Notes: generated by a model not told the origin, from the sequence alone. 32,000 nt of DNA from Wigglesworthia glossinidia endosymbiont of Glossina brevipalpis (GCA_000008885.1 BA000021.3:510001-542000); one strand, 5' to 3'; positions 10,984 through 22,001 are shown, counted from the stretch's first letter. Numbers and translations: made by a program.

Positions 10984-11850
10984 TTATAATTTAATTTTTA
11001 TATTATCTACTAATCTAATACTTCCTATTTTTGCGCTACACAATATTACTGCTTGTTTACTGTTTTCATCTATTGGCATAAGATTCTTTGCATTTCTTAT
11101 AGAAAGAACTTCTACTTTGAATCCATAATTATTTAATTTAATTAGATAGTTTTTCAATATAGCATCATAGTCTTTTTTTAAATTATATAATTTATTTAAT
11201 TTTATTTTTTTCGATAGTTCTAATAATATATTATAAATCTTAGGAGCTTTTTTTCTTTCTTCCAAGCTTAAATGTCTGTTTCTCGAGCTTAAAGCTAATC
11301 CATCAAAACACCTTATTATAGGAGCGCTTAATATTTTGATATTATAATTCATGTGTAATACTAATTGACGAATCATTATTAATTGCTGAAAATCTTTTTG
11401 ACCAAAAATAGCTATATCTGGATTAATTAAATTAAATAATTTACTAATAATAGTTGCAACACCTATAAAATGATTTGACATAGTTTTTCCATCTAATATA
11501 GATGAGTATTGAACAACATTCACCAATGTATGATTTTTGTACCCAAATGGATACATACTTTTCAAAGTAGGACAAAATAATATATCAACTTTATATTCAA
11601 TTAATTTTTTAATATCTTCATTTAAAGTTTTAGGATAATTACGAAAATCTTTTGAATTAGAAAATTGTGCAGGATTAATAAATATACTTATTATTAATAT
11701 ATTAGATTTTAGTTTACCAATTTTTATTAACTCCAAATGACCTCTATGTAAATTTCCCATAGTAGGAATAAGAGCTATCTTTGATTTATTTTTTTTTTTT
11801 AAATTCTTAATAACACAAGTTAATTCTGAAGATTTTTTTATAATAAGCAT
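10984..11850 (-). CDS. panC: Pantothenate synthetase
   Basis: ALIPTMGNLHRGHLELI, SIFINPAQFSNSKDFRNYP, DIAIFGQKDFQQL and LSSRNRHLS. Confidence 0.96.
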   Translation of the reverse strand: MLIIKKSSELTCVIKNLKKKNKSKIALIPTMGNLHRGHLELIKIGKLKSNILIISIFINPAQFSNSKDFRNYPKTLNEDIKKLIEYKVDILFCPTLKSMYPFGYKNHTLVNVVQYSSILDGKTMSNHFIGVATIISKLFNLINPDIAIFGQKDFQQLIMIRQLVLHMNYNIKILSAPIIRCFDGLALSSRNRHLSLEERKKAPKIYNILLELSKKIKLNKLYNLKKDYDAILKNYLIKLNNYGFKVEVLSIRNAKNLMPIDENSKQAVILCSAKIGSIRLVDNIKIKL

Positions 11851-11859
11851 AATTAATTT

Positions 11860-12657
11860 TTAATTAAAACTATGATTTTCACTTGGAAATAATTCATTTT
11901 CAACTTCTTCTATATATAATTCTATAGCTTTTTCTATTCCAAATTTATTTTTAGTAAAATTTTTTGAAAAAGATGGAATTTTGCCTTCTATAGTAATACC
12001 AAGAACATCTTGCATTACTAGTATTTGGCCGTCTGTTTTTTTACCAGACCCTATTCCTATTGTTGGAATATTTAATTTTTTAGTAATGTTGTTAGATAAT
12101 TTTTGTATAATACATTCTAAAACTAATAATTTTGCTCCTGATTCTTCTATAGAAATTGCTTCTTCCATTAGCCTAATTGCATCATTATTATTTCTTCCTT
12201 GTATTTTATATGATCCTTGCATGTTTATAGATTGAGGAGTTAATCCTATGTGTCCGCATACTGGTATAGATCTTGTATTAAGTTCATGAATAATATCTGA
12301 AACCCACAATCCTCCTTCTAATTTGACTATATTAGCTCCTGACTGAATTAATTTTTTGGAATTATTTAATGCATCATTTATATTATTATAGCTCATAAAA
12401 GGAAGATCAGAAATTATTAAACATGAAGGAGCTCCTCTTCTAACACATTTTGTATGATACATCATTTCATCTATTTTTACAGGAACTGTTGATGAATGAC
12501 CTTGAATCGTCATTCCTAATGAATCCCCTACTAAAATTGTTCTAATTCCTTTTTTAAAAAATAAATTTGCAAATGTTGCATCATAAGCAGTTATAGAAGC
12601 AAATTTTTTATTTTGTTCTTTTAATTTGTATAAATCATATATATTTGTTTTTTTCAT
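11860..12657 (-). CDS. panB: 3-methyl-2-oxobutanoate hydroxymethyltransferase
   Basis: SITAYDATFANLFFKKGIRTILVGDSLGM, VKLEGG, CGHIGLTPQSIN and PTIGIGSGKKTDGQILVMQDVLG. Confidence 0.97.
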   Translation of the reverse strand: MKKTNIYDLYKLKEQNKKFASITAYDATFANLFFKKGIRTILVGDSLGMTIQGHSSTVPVKIDEMMYHTKCVRRGAPSCLIISDLPFMSYNNINDALNNSKKLIQSGANIVKLEGGLWVSDIIHELNTRSIPVCGHIGLTPQSINMQGSYKIQGRNNNDAIRLMEEAISIEESGAKLLVLECIIQKLSNNITKKLNIPTIGIGSGKKTDGQILVMQDVLGITIEGKIPSFSKNFTKNKFGIEKAIELYIEEVENELFPSENHSFN

Positions 12658-12809
12658 AAAAATACAAATTTTATTTATTATTTAATAAATATATTATACT
12701 ATTTTAAAATAAATTTATATACATTAAATATTAATTTATTTTAAAATTTTTATTTTATTTATATTTAATTATATATATAAATTTATTTTTATTTAAATTT
12801 AATAAATAA

Positions 12810-13134
12810 AGTTAGCTGTAAGCCGGGTTCTGTCTTGGACAATCATTTATCTAGATAAACATTCACATATTTATTCTTGCAGCCTACCAAAGCTTAAAGA
12901 CGAGCAATCAAGCTTTTATTTGGCCTTGCCCTAGATGGAGTTTACACTGCCAATTATGTTACCATAAATTGCGGTACGCTCTTATCGCACCTTTTCACCC
13001 TTACCAACAAAAGTGGCGGTTTTTTTTCTGTTGCACTAGTCGTAGGATCACTCCTCCCAGGAATTACCTGGCATCTTGCTCTTTAGGGCCCGGACTTTCC
13101 TCTGTATTAAACAGCGATTGTCTAGCTAACTTTA
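12810..13134 (-). ncRNA. rnpB: RNase P RNA, bacterial type A
   Basis: The minus strand carries GAGGAAAGTCCGGGC (complement of 13090-13104), AGGGTGAAAAGGTGCGATAAGAGCG, GGCAAGGCCAAATAA and ...AACCCGGCTTACAGCTAAC. The 5' GTTAGCT pairs with the 3' AGCTAAC. Ends are approximate. Confidence 0.95.
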
Positions 13135-13184
13135 TTTTTATACTTAAACATAAATTATTTAATAATAAATAAAAAATTAAATAT

Positions 13185-14030
13185 TTAATTTATAAAATAA
13201 TTATATAAAAAATTTTTTTTTATTTTAAATGTTTTTGATATTATAAGTAGTGCTTTTTTTTTGGAAGTGATTTTTATTAAAATATAAAATAAGTTTATTG
13301 CTTCTATTGGTATAGAAATAAATTTTTTTTCATTTCCCTGTATTATTAATACCCATTCGCCTTTTAAAACAATATCTTTATTTTTTATAAATAACAAAAT
13401 TTTTTCTAAAGTATTTCTATAAAAATATTCCCAAATTTTTGTTAGTTCTTTTGCAATTACTATTTTTCTTTTTTTTCCAAAAATTAATGATATAGCTTTT
13501 AAGCTAGACAATAATCTATTAGAAGATTCATACAATATTATAGTTCTACTTTCATTTGATAATGATATCAAAAAATTATTTCTTTTTGATTTTTTTTTAG
13601 GCAAAAATCCTTCGTAACAAAATTTATCAGAAGAAATTCCAGACGCTGATAAAGCTGTAATAAAAGCGCATGGTCCTGGCAAAGGAATTATTTTTATATT
13701 TTGTTCTATGCATTTACTTACTAATAAATATCCAGGATCATTTATAGTTGGAGTTCCTGCATTAGAAACTAAAGCAATTGAATATCCTTGTATTAATTTT
13801 TTTATTAATATTTCTGATTTATTTTTTTCATTAATTTTATTAAATGATGTTAACTTATTTTTTATAAAATAAAAATTTAACAAATTATTTGTATGAAAAA
13901 TATTTTCAGCAGCTATTGTATTAACTTTTTTTAAAACTGAAATTGCTCTATATGTTATATCATTTAAATTTCCAATTGGAGTAGGAACTATATATAAAGC
14001 AGGAAATATTTCTTTATTATTTTTATTCAT
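13185..14030 (-). CDS. rsmI: 16S rRNA (cytidine1402-2'-O)-methyltransferase
   Basis: LYIVPTPIGNLNDITYRAISVLK, SNAGTPTINDPGYLLV and PGPCAFITALSASGI. Confidence 0.95.
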   Translation of the reverse strand: MNKNNKEIFPALYIVPTPIGNLNDITYRAISVLKKVNTIAAENIFHTNNLLNFYFIKNKLTSFNKINEKNKSEILIKKLIQGYSIALVSNAGTPTINDPGYLLVSKCIEQNIKIIPLPGPCAFITALSASGISSDKFCYEGFLPKKKSKRNNFLISLSNESRTIILYESSNRLLSSLKAISLIFGKKRKIVIAKELTKIWEYFYRNTLEKILLFIKNKDIVLKGEWVLIIQGNEKKFISIPIEAINLFYILIKITSKKKALLIISKTFKIKKNFLYNYFIN

Positions 14031-14159
14031 TAAGTTTTTTTAAAAATTTATATTTTTTTTAATTCAAATAAAATTTATTATAAGTTTTTAAAAAAACCAA
14101 AAAATACACATTTATATTATATAATATTATAACTTAAATACGTAATCATTTTTATTAAA

Positions 14160-14723
14160 ATGAATAAAATAATTTTTTCAATTATTACAAGTTTTATAGT
14201 TTTTATAAGTGGTTGTGTTAGCAGCACATTAATTTTATCATCACTTGCAATAAAAACATCTGCAGATCCTAGAAGCATAGGAACACAAATTGATAATTTT
14301 ACTTTAAAAGTAAAAATATATAAATCCATACTTCAAAATGATCTTATAAAAACAAAAGAGTCTAGAATTTCAGTAATACCTTATGAAAATAAGATTCTTA
14401 TTATTGGCCAAGTTCCAAATAATTATTTATTTAACCATGTGCAAAAAATAGTTCAATCTTTTGATTATGATAAAGAAATTTACAATGAAATTAGAATAAA
14501 AAACAAAATATCTTTTATGCAAAACATAAAAGATTCTTGGATTTCTTCTCAATCTTATTTTTATTTGATTAAATCAAAAAATATAAAAACAAAAAATTTA
14601 AAAATATTAACAGAAAATGGAGAAGTATTTTTATTAGGAAATGCATCTCAAAAAGAAATAAAAAATATTATAAAAATAATAAGTAATATTAAAGGAGTAA
14701 ATTGTATTATAAATATACTTTAA
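14160..14723 (+). CDS. dolP: BON-domain outer-membrane lipoprotein DolP (YraP)
   Basis: Signal peptide with lipobox-like FISGC. ADPRSIGTQIDNFTLKVKI, YNEIR and LTENGEVFLLGNAS match the two BON domains of YraP. It neighbours rsmI, in the same general cluster as E. coli. Confidence 0.88.
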   Translation: MNKIIFSIITSFIVFISGCVSSTLILSSLAIKTSADPRSIGTQIDNFTLKVKIYKSILQNDLIKTKESRISVIPYENKILIIGQVPNNYLFNHVQKIVQSFDYDKEIYNEIRIKNKISFMQNIKDSWISSQSYFYLIKSKNIKTKNLKILTENGEVFLLGNASQKEIKNIIKIISNIKGVNCIINIL

Positions 14724-14769
14724 TGAATATGAAATATAATATTTTATTAATATTCAATTAATAAATAAA

Positions 14770-16071
14770 TTAATTTTTAATATATAAAAAATTTTTATCA
14801 TCATTTAAAGACAAAGAAATTAATTTTATTAAAAACTTTAATTCGTAAGAAGATATTATATATGGTGGAATTAAATAAATTAATTTCCTAAAAGGTCTAA
14901 TCCATGCTCCATGTCTTACAAACCAATTTTGTATATTTTCTAAATTTACAAAAAATTTTGTTTCCACTACCCCAATAGCTCCAAGAATTCTTACATCCTT
15001 AACATACGAATGTTCTATTAGAGGATATAAATATTTACACATTTCTTGATAAATAAATTTAACTTGTTGTATCCATTTTCCTTCTTCAATTAAAGATAAA
15101 TTTGCACAAGAAGCTGCACAAGACAAAGGATTTGCCATGAAAGTAGGTCCATGCATAAATTCTGGAGTTTTTTTATTACAAATAGTTTCAGATACTTTTC
15201 TTTTTGTTATAGTAGCTGCTAATGTAATTGCTCCTCCTGTTAAAGCTTTTCCTATGCATAAAATATCTGGAGTAATTTTAGAATAATTACATGCAAATAG
15301 TTTTCCCGTTCTTCCAAATCCTGTAGCTATTTCATCTACTATTAGTAATATTTTATAAAATTTACATAATTTTTTAATAGAAATTAAATATTGTTTATGA
15401 TAAAAATTCATACCTCCAACGCCTTGTACAATTGGTTCAATAATTACTGCTGCTAATTTTTTGTGATGTTTTTCTATTAATTTAACTAAATTTAAATCAT
15501 CTCCTGATTCCCATTTTTCATTAAACTTACGATCAAAAGTATTAGTGAATTCTTGATTAGGTAAATATCCTTGATATATATTATGCATAGAGTTTTTTGG
15601 ATCACAAACTGATAATGCTCCAAAAGTATCTCCATGATAACCTCCTCTTAAAGACAAAAATTTAACTTTTTTTCTTTCATTTTTAGAAAACCAATAATGT
15701 AAAGCCATTTTTAATGCGACTTCTATCGAAACTGATCCAGAATCTGATAAAAAAACGCACTCTAATCCTTTAGGAGTTAATTTAATTATTTTTTTGCATA
15801 ATTTGATAGCTGGAGAATGAGTTATACCGCCAAACATAACATGAGAAACTTTTTTTATTTGATTAATAATTGCTTGATTGATCTTTGGATGATTGTATCC
15901 ATGAATTACCGTCCACCAAGATGACATTCCATCGATTAATTTTTTTCCATTTATAAGCTTTAATTTACATTTTTTTGCAGAAACAACATGATATGTTTTT
16001 AAAGGTTTTGTAATCGATGAATATGGATGCCATATATAATAACGATCAAAATTAACTTCATTAATGTTCAT
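14770..16071 (-). CDS. bioA: Adenosylmethionine-8-amino-7-oxononanoate aminotransferase
   Basis: [54 protein letters not shown] and [16 protein letters not shown]. Confidence 0.97.
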
Positions 16072-16105
16072 ATAATATTCCTAATTAAATTTAAAATAAA
16101 TATAT

Positions 16106-16128
16106 TTGACAATATAATATTATTATAT
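16106..16128. promoter_or_regulatory. Putative divergent bioA/bioB control region: TTGACA at 16106-16111 overlapping a 17-bp AT inverted repeat at 16112-16128
   Basis: ATATAATA-T-TATTATAT lies directly after TTGACA in the 99-bp bioA-bioB gap. The canonical -10 spacing is poor and no E. coli-type bio operator is recognisable. Confidence 0.35.
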
Positions 16129-16170
16129 AAACTTAATAATATCATATTTAAAATAATTCTAATAAATTTT

Positions 16171-17196
16171 ATGAAAAACAAATCAATTTGGAATTTAAAA
16201 AATACGAAAAAATTATTTTATAAACCTTTCTTTGACCTCATGTTTAAAGCTCAAAAAATACATAGAAAAAATTTTTCTTCAAATAAAATTCAAATAAGCA
16301 CATTATTGTCTATAAAAACTGGATTATGCCCAGAAGATTGTAAATATTGCTCTCAAAGCTCAAGATATAAAACTGGACTAGTAAGTGAAAAATTAATTAA
16401 AATAGAAAAAGTAATAAATGCTGCAAAAAAAGCTAAAAAATCAGGAGTAACTAGATTTTGCATGGGAGCTGCATGGAAAAATCCAAAAGATAAAGATATT
16501 CCACTATTAGAAGAAATGATTAAATCTGTTAAAAAACTTGGATTGGAAACTTGTATGACCCTTGGAATGTTAAATGATTATCAAGCAAATCGCTTGCATA
16601 ATGCAGGATTAGATTATTATAACCATAATTTAGATACATCTAAAGAATTTTATAAGAAAATTATAACTACTAGAAAATATGAAGATAGAATATCTACAAT
16701 ACAAAATGTTAGAAATGCAGGAATAAAAGTTTGCTCTGGAGGTATTTTAGGATTAGGAGAAAGTGATAAAGATAGAATAAAATTATTAATACAGTTAGCA
16801 AATTTACCTAAACCGCCAGAAAGCGTTCCTATTAATATGTTAGTAAGAATAAAAGGAACACCAATGGAAAAAAACAAAGATGTTGATGCATTTGATTTTA
16901 TTAGAATAATAGCATTAGCTAGAATAATGATGCCTAAATCTAGGATAAGATTATCAGCTGGAAGAGAAAATATGAACGAACAAACTCAAGCATTATGTTT
17001 TATGGCAGGAGTAAATTCAATATTTTATGGATGTAAATTATTAACAACTACTAATTCTTCTTCTAAAAGAGATGCGTTATTGTTTAAAAAATTAAATATG
17101 AAAATGGAAAAAATTAAAAACAAAGAAAAATATTTTAATAAAAAACAAAATTCTGATTTGTATGAAAATAAAAATTATTACAATGCAGTATGTTAA
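16171..17196 (+). CDS. bioB: Biotin synthase
   Basis: Radical-SAM motif [33 protein letters not shown] and NPPNV-like [17 protein letters not shown]. Start moved from the listed 16027 to the ATG at 16171 (MKNKSIWN...), giving 341 aa. Confidence 0.96.
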
Positions 17197-18377
17197 ATAT
17201 GAAAAATATACTACAAAATAAAGTACAAAAAGATCTTTTAAACATTAAATCAAAAAATATATATAGAAAAAGAACACCTGTAAAAGATGGAAATAGCCGT
17301 TATATTTTTATAAATAATAAAAAATATTTAAATTTTTCTAGCAATAATTATCTTGGTCTGTCTTGTGACACTGATATAAAAAAATCTTGGTGTAATTTTA
17401 TTAATATTGAAGGAATGGGATCAGGAGGATCTGGTCATGTTATTGGATATAGTGAATTGCATAAAAAACTTGAAGTATGGCTTGCAAAATGGATGGGTTT
17501 TCCTAGAGCTTTGTTATTTTCTTCTGGATTTTTAGCAAACCAAGCAATTGTAAATGTATTAGGAAAATTATGTAATAATATTATAGTAGATAAATTTATT
17601 CATGCCTCAATCATAGAATCTGCAATTAACTCTAAAATGAAACTGCAAAGATTCAAACATAATGATATGACATCTTTGGAAAAATGTTTAATGAAAAAAA
17701 AACATAACGAGAGTTGTTTGATTTTTACAGAGGGAATATTTAGCATGGATGGAGATCAATGTAATTTGCAAAAAATATTAAATATTTCTAATAAATTTAA
17801 TGGTTATTTAGTTTTAGATGATGCTCATGGATTTGGCATTTTAGGAAGCGAAGGAAGAGGAACAATAAAAATAGAAAACGTTTATCCTGACTTATTAGTA
17901 ATTACTTTTAGTAAATCTGTAGGCATTAATGGAGCAGCTATTTTATGTCAGAAAGAAATAGCAGAATATTTTTTGCAATATTCTCGAAATTTAATATATA
18001 GTACATCTATGCCACCATCTCAAGCAGGAGCTATATTAACTGCAATAAAAAAAATAAAAAAATCTAATTTTTTAAGAAAACGTTTATTTAATAATATAAA
18101 AAAATTTAAAAAAAAAGCTAAAGAATTAAAATTTTATAAAAAATCTAACACAGCAATTCAACCTATAATTACTAATGACAATAGATTAACAATAAAATTT
18201 TTTAAAAAATTAGTTAATTTTGGAATTTGGGCTTGTCCAATTTTACCTCCGAGTGTTCCTGTAAAAAAATCTAGAATTAGAATTATTATTACTGCTATGC
18301 ATAATGAAAATGATATAGATATTTTATTACAATCTTTGTTTAAGATAGAAAAAATAAATGAACATGGAAGGCTATAA
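17190..18377 (+). CDS. bioF: 8-amino-7-oxononanoate synthase
   Basis: [42 protein letters not shown] and [12 protein letters not shown]. Its start overlaps the bioB stop. Confidence 0.96.
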
Positions 18378-19119
18378 GAAAAAGATAGCATATAAATTTA
18401 ATAAAGCATCTAAAAATTATGATCAATATTCTAAATTTCAAAGAGAATGTGGGAATAACTTATGCAAGTTAACTGGATGCATAATACAAAGTAAGCTTTT
18501 AGACGCAGGATGCGGTACAGGTTTGTTTAGCCGTTATTGGAAATCTTTTAATAATCAAGTAATTGCATTGGATATTTCTTACGGGATGCTAGAACAAGCA
18601 AAAAGAAGAAATTCTGCTAATATTTATATATTAGGTGATATTGAAAATTCTCCTTTAATAGATAAAACAGTAGATATTATATTTAGCAATTTAGCAATAC
18701 AATGGTGTAATGATTTCTCTAGGGCATTATCCGAATTATATAGAATTTTACGTCCAGGAGGTTTTTTGGTTTTATCAACTTTAATTAAAGGTTCTTTGAT
18801 TGAATTAAAACAATCATCTAAAAATATTGATAATTGTTCTAATGTTAATTGTTTTCTTCCTATATCTTCTATTTATAACGCATTATCTCCATACAGATAT
18901 AAATTAATAAATAAAATAAAATCATTTTATTATTCTAGTGTTTTAGATTTGTTGAAAGATATTAAGGGTGTAGGATCTAGTTATTTATATGATCGTAATA
19001 ATTTAGGCTTAAGAAGCAAAAAATATTTAAATGATTTAGAAAAATTTTGGCCTTATCATAATAAAAAAGGATTTAAATTAAGCTATAATGTTGTTTACGG
19101 TATAATATATCGTGATTAA
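18358..19119 (+). CDS. bioC: Malonyl-[acyl-carrier protein] O-methyltransferase
   Basis: LLDAGCGTGLFSRYW, ALDISYGMLEQAK, FSNLAIQWC and ELYRILRPGGFLVLSTL. Located between bioF and bioD and overlaps both. Confidence 0.95.
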   Translation: MNMEGYKKKIAYKFNKASKNYDQYSKFQRECGNNLCKLTGCIIQSKLLDAGCGTGLFSRYWKSFNNQVIALDISYGMLEQAKRRNSANIYILGDIENSPLIDKTVDIIFSNLAIQWCNDFSRALSELYRILRPGGFLVLSTLIKGSLIELKQSSKNIDNCSNVNCFLPISSIYNALSPYRYKLINKIKSFYYSSVLDLLKDIKGVGSSYLYDRNNLGLRSKKYLNDLEKFWPYHNKKGFKLSYNVVYGIIYRD

Positions 19120-19795
19120 TCGTTATTTCATTACTGGAACTGATACAAATATAGGTAAAACAATATCTGTATGCGCATTGTTGCAATATTTAAATAAACT
19201 TGGAAATAAATCTGTAGGATGTAAACTGATTTCTTCAGGATGCAAAAAAATAAAAAATAAAATATTTAATGAAGATGTTGTTAATATTATGAAATATAAT
19301 AACATTAAATTTAAATATAAAGATATAAACCCATTTGCTTTTTTGGAAAAAACAGCTCCACATATTGCTAGTAAAAGAAAAAATATTTTCATAAATCACA
19401 TATTGCTTTCTAACAAATTGAATAAATTTTTAAATTATGATATCGATTATCTAATAATAGAAGGATTTGGAGGATGGAAGGTCCCTATAAATTCAAATTC
19501 AATGTATAGTGAATGGGTATCTAATGAAAAATTACCAATAATATTAGTTGTTGGAATTAAGTTAGGATGCATCAATCATGCTCTTCTAACCATAGAATCT
19601 ATAAAAAATTCAAATGCAATAATTCTTGGATGGATCGCAAATCATTTAGAAAAAGATTTAATTAATAAAAATGATTATTTTAAATATTTAAAAAAAGTTA
19701 TAAAATATCCGTTAATTGGTAAAATACCTTTCATAAAAAATAAAAAAAACTTTTCTAATTTACATAAATATATTTTTTTAAAAAAAGTTATTTAG
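19112..19795 (+). CDS. bioD: Dethiobiotin synthetase (GTG start)
   Basis: YFITGTDTNIGKTISVCALLQYLN (P-loop), EKTAPHIAS and IEGFGGWKVPI. Last gene of bioBFCD. Confidence 0.95.
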   Translation: MINRYFITGTDTNIGKTISVCALLQYLNKLGNKSVGCKLISSGCKKIKNKIFNEDVVNIMKYNNIKFKYKDINPFAFLEKTAPHIASKRKNIFINHILLSNKLNKFLNYDIDYLIIEGFGGWKVPINSNSMYSEWVSNEKLPIILVVGIKLGCINHALLTIESIKNSNAIILGWIANHLEKDLINKNDYFKYLKKVIKYPLIGKIPFIKNKKNFSNLHKYIFLKKVI

Positions 19796-19801
19796 TTTAA
19801 A

Positions 19802-20860
19802 CTATTTGTATAAAAATTTTTTTGACAATATACTAATAATAAGTAAAAATAAAATATTCATAATTTGTCCAAAATATTCTGGATAATCATATATCATAAT
19901 TAATGAATTAAAAATATTGTTTATAAAATAAAATATAAATCCTAAAGATATTACAAAAACAACTTTTATTTTTATATCATATGAATACAAAATTCCAAAC
20001 AAAAGTTGTAATATAATTATTGTTATAATTAATATTGAAATTGGAGAAAATATTTTATTCCAAAATACTAAATATTGTTTTTTATAATATAAATTATTTT
20101 TTTTTAAGAATTTTATATAAAAATATAATTCTGATATAGATAACTCTTCCGTTGGAAATAAAATAAGATTTATTTCTTTTGGAGTTATTATATTTGTATA
20201 AATTTGTTTATCAAAACTATTAATTTCTATTTTTTTATTATTATTAAATTTTATTGTTTTTACGTCAAACATTATCCATTCTTTGTTTTTAAAAATTGCA
20301 TATTTTGAACTTTTTATATATTTAATTTCATTAAATTTGTTAAATTCATAAATATATATTCCTTGTATAAAATCAAAATCAACAATTTTTTTAATTAAAA
20401 TAAAATTATTATTTATTTTAATCCATAAATTTTTTTTATTTTCTGAAATAAAATTAAAAAAATACTTGCTTTTTATTTTTTTTTCTATTGGAATAATCCA
20501 TTCTAAAATTATTGAATAAATAAATAAAAAAATAATTATAGTTTTTATTATTAATATACATATTTTTATTCTGCTAATTCCAGAAGATTCTATTATAATA
20601 AGTTCTCTATTTTTTTCTAATATACCAATGCTCCATAAAATTCCAATTAAAATTGATATATTAAAAAATTCTTCAATATCTTTTGGTACAGACAATAAAA
20701 TTGTAGAGATTAAATAAAAAATAGATATATATGAATTATCTATAGACTGGATTTTTTCTGAAAATTTTATTATTCCAGATATAGTCAATAATATAAATAA
20801 TGCAACTATAGTTGTTTTGAATATTAAAGATCTAATATATCTGTCTAATATAAAAAGCAT
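19802..20860 (-). CDS. lptG: LPS export ABC transporter permease LptG
   Basis: LDRYIRSLIFKTTIVALFILLTISGIIKF, ELIIIESSGISRIKICI, and ELSISELYFYIKFLKKNN...YLVFWNKIFSPIS. Adjacent to lptF. Confidence 0.92.
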   Translation of the reverse strand: MLFILDRYIRSLIFKTTIVALFILLTISGIIKFSEKIQSIDNSYISIFYLISTILLSVPKDIEEFFNISILIGILWSIGILEKNRELIIIESSGISRIKICILIIKTIIIFLFIYSIILEWIIPIEKKIKSKYFFNFISENKKNLWIKINNNFILIKKIVDFDFIQGIYIYEFNKFNEIKYIKSSKYAIFKNKEWIMFDVKTIKFNNNKKIEINSFDKQIYTNIITPKEINLILFPTEELSISELYFYIKFLKKNNLYYKKQYLVFWNKIFSPISILIITIIILQLLFGILYSYDIKIKVVFVISLGFIFYFINNIFNSLIMIYDYPEYFGQIMNILFLLIISILSKKFLYK

Positions 20861-20868
20861 AAAATTAA

Positions 20869-21942
20869 TTAACTAAAAATCTTTTTTATATTATTATAAT
20901 ATAATGCTATTGAAAAAAAAATATAAATAAAATTTATAATCCACATAAAAAATATAGAATGCAACTTAAATAAGGAATGATTAGAATATATAAATGTTTG
21001 AGAAATAAAAAAAATTAAGTAAAAAAATATACCTAAAAATAAGTTAAAAAATTGACCAGATCCTAATTTTTTTATATTTAAAGCGAAAGAAATAATCGAC
21101 ATAATTAAAACAGAAAAAACTATAGTAATACGCCAATTATATTCTAATTTATATTCTTCTATGCATGAATTAAATAAATTTTTAAAATAAACATATTCTG
21201 AGCTGGGTTCTTTTAAGCGAGAAAATGTATTAAATAATTCTATTTGATATCTTTCAAAAGATGCTATAAAAAAATAATTTGATTTAAAATCAATTTCATA
21301 ATATTCTCCATAATTTAAATTAATTACGTTTTTATTTTTTAATAAATCTTTATATAAAGATCCATGCTTAGAAACGAATACAACTGGAATATATTCTTTA
21401 TTTTTTAATATAAATTTTACAATAAATATATTTTTTAAATTTTTATCTTTTATATTATCTACAAATAATATTATGTTTTTGTCCTTTATAAATTTAAATT
21501 GTTTTTCATTTAACTTTAATTTATCAATGTTAGATAAATTATAGCTAATTATTTTATGTTTATAATTCAGAGCTAACGGAGAAATCCACATTACGTTCAC
21601 AAAAGAAAAAGACATTACTAATAAATTTAAAAATAAAATAACCTTAATAAAACATTCATTCCCTATACCACAAGTTTTAATAGATATAATTTCGTTACTA
21701 TTATGTAATTTTTGCATTACTAATGCAATACTTATAAATAAACTCAAAGGAAGAATTAATTTAATTATTTCTGGAATATATAAAATTAATAAAAAAAATA
21801 TAATTTTTTTAGGAATTAACTCTTCTGACATAGAAGATAATATTCTTACTAATTTTTGACAAAAAAAAATTAAAAACAAAATACATAAAATATGAAATTG
21901 AGATTTTAGTATTTTTTTAATTAAATATTTTAATATGATCAC
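20869..21942 (-). CDS. lptF: LPS export ABC transporter permease LptF
   Basis: MIILKYLIKKILKSQFHILCILFLIFFCQKLVRIL, PEIIKLILPLSLFISIALVM and NVMWISPLALNYKH. Divergent from pepA as in Enterobacterales. Confidence 0.94.
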   Translation of the reverse strand: MIILKYLIKKILKSQFHILCILFLIFFCQKLVRILSSMSEELIPKKIIFFLLILYIPEIIKLILPLSLFISIALVMQKLHNSNEIISIKTCGIGNECFIKVILFLNLLVMSFSFVNVMWISPLALNYKHKIISYNLSNIDKLKLNEKQFKFIKDKNIILFVDNIKDKNLKNIFIVKFILKNKEYIPVVFVSKHGSLYKDLLKNKNVINLNYGEYYEIDFKSNYFFIASFERYQIELFNTFSRLKEPSSEYVYFKNLFNSCIEEYKLEYNWRITIVFSVLIMSIISFALNIKKLGSGQFFNLFLGIFFYLIFFISQTFIYSNHSLFKLHSIFFMWIINFIYIFFSIALYYNNIKKIFS

Positions 21943-22001
21943 AAAAACAATATTTATAATTTAAAATTAATTTTTTAATAAAAGCATGATATTATATCAT
22001 A

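Noticed and set aside
12969-13172. 67-aa ORF on the plus strand
   Set aside because: It lies antisense to and within the RNase P RNA. Its coding potential is a by-product of that structured, less AT-rich sequence.
14031-14159. Sigma-E promoter for dolP, as in E. coli
   Set aside because: I could not find a convincing GGAACTT ... TCTGA pair in the AT-rich gap.
16027-16170. N-terminal 48 codons of the listed bioB ORF
   Set aside because: They overlap the bioA start and divergent promoter region and have no homology. BioB homology begins after the ATG at 16171.
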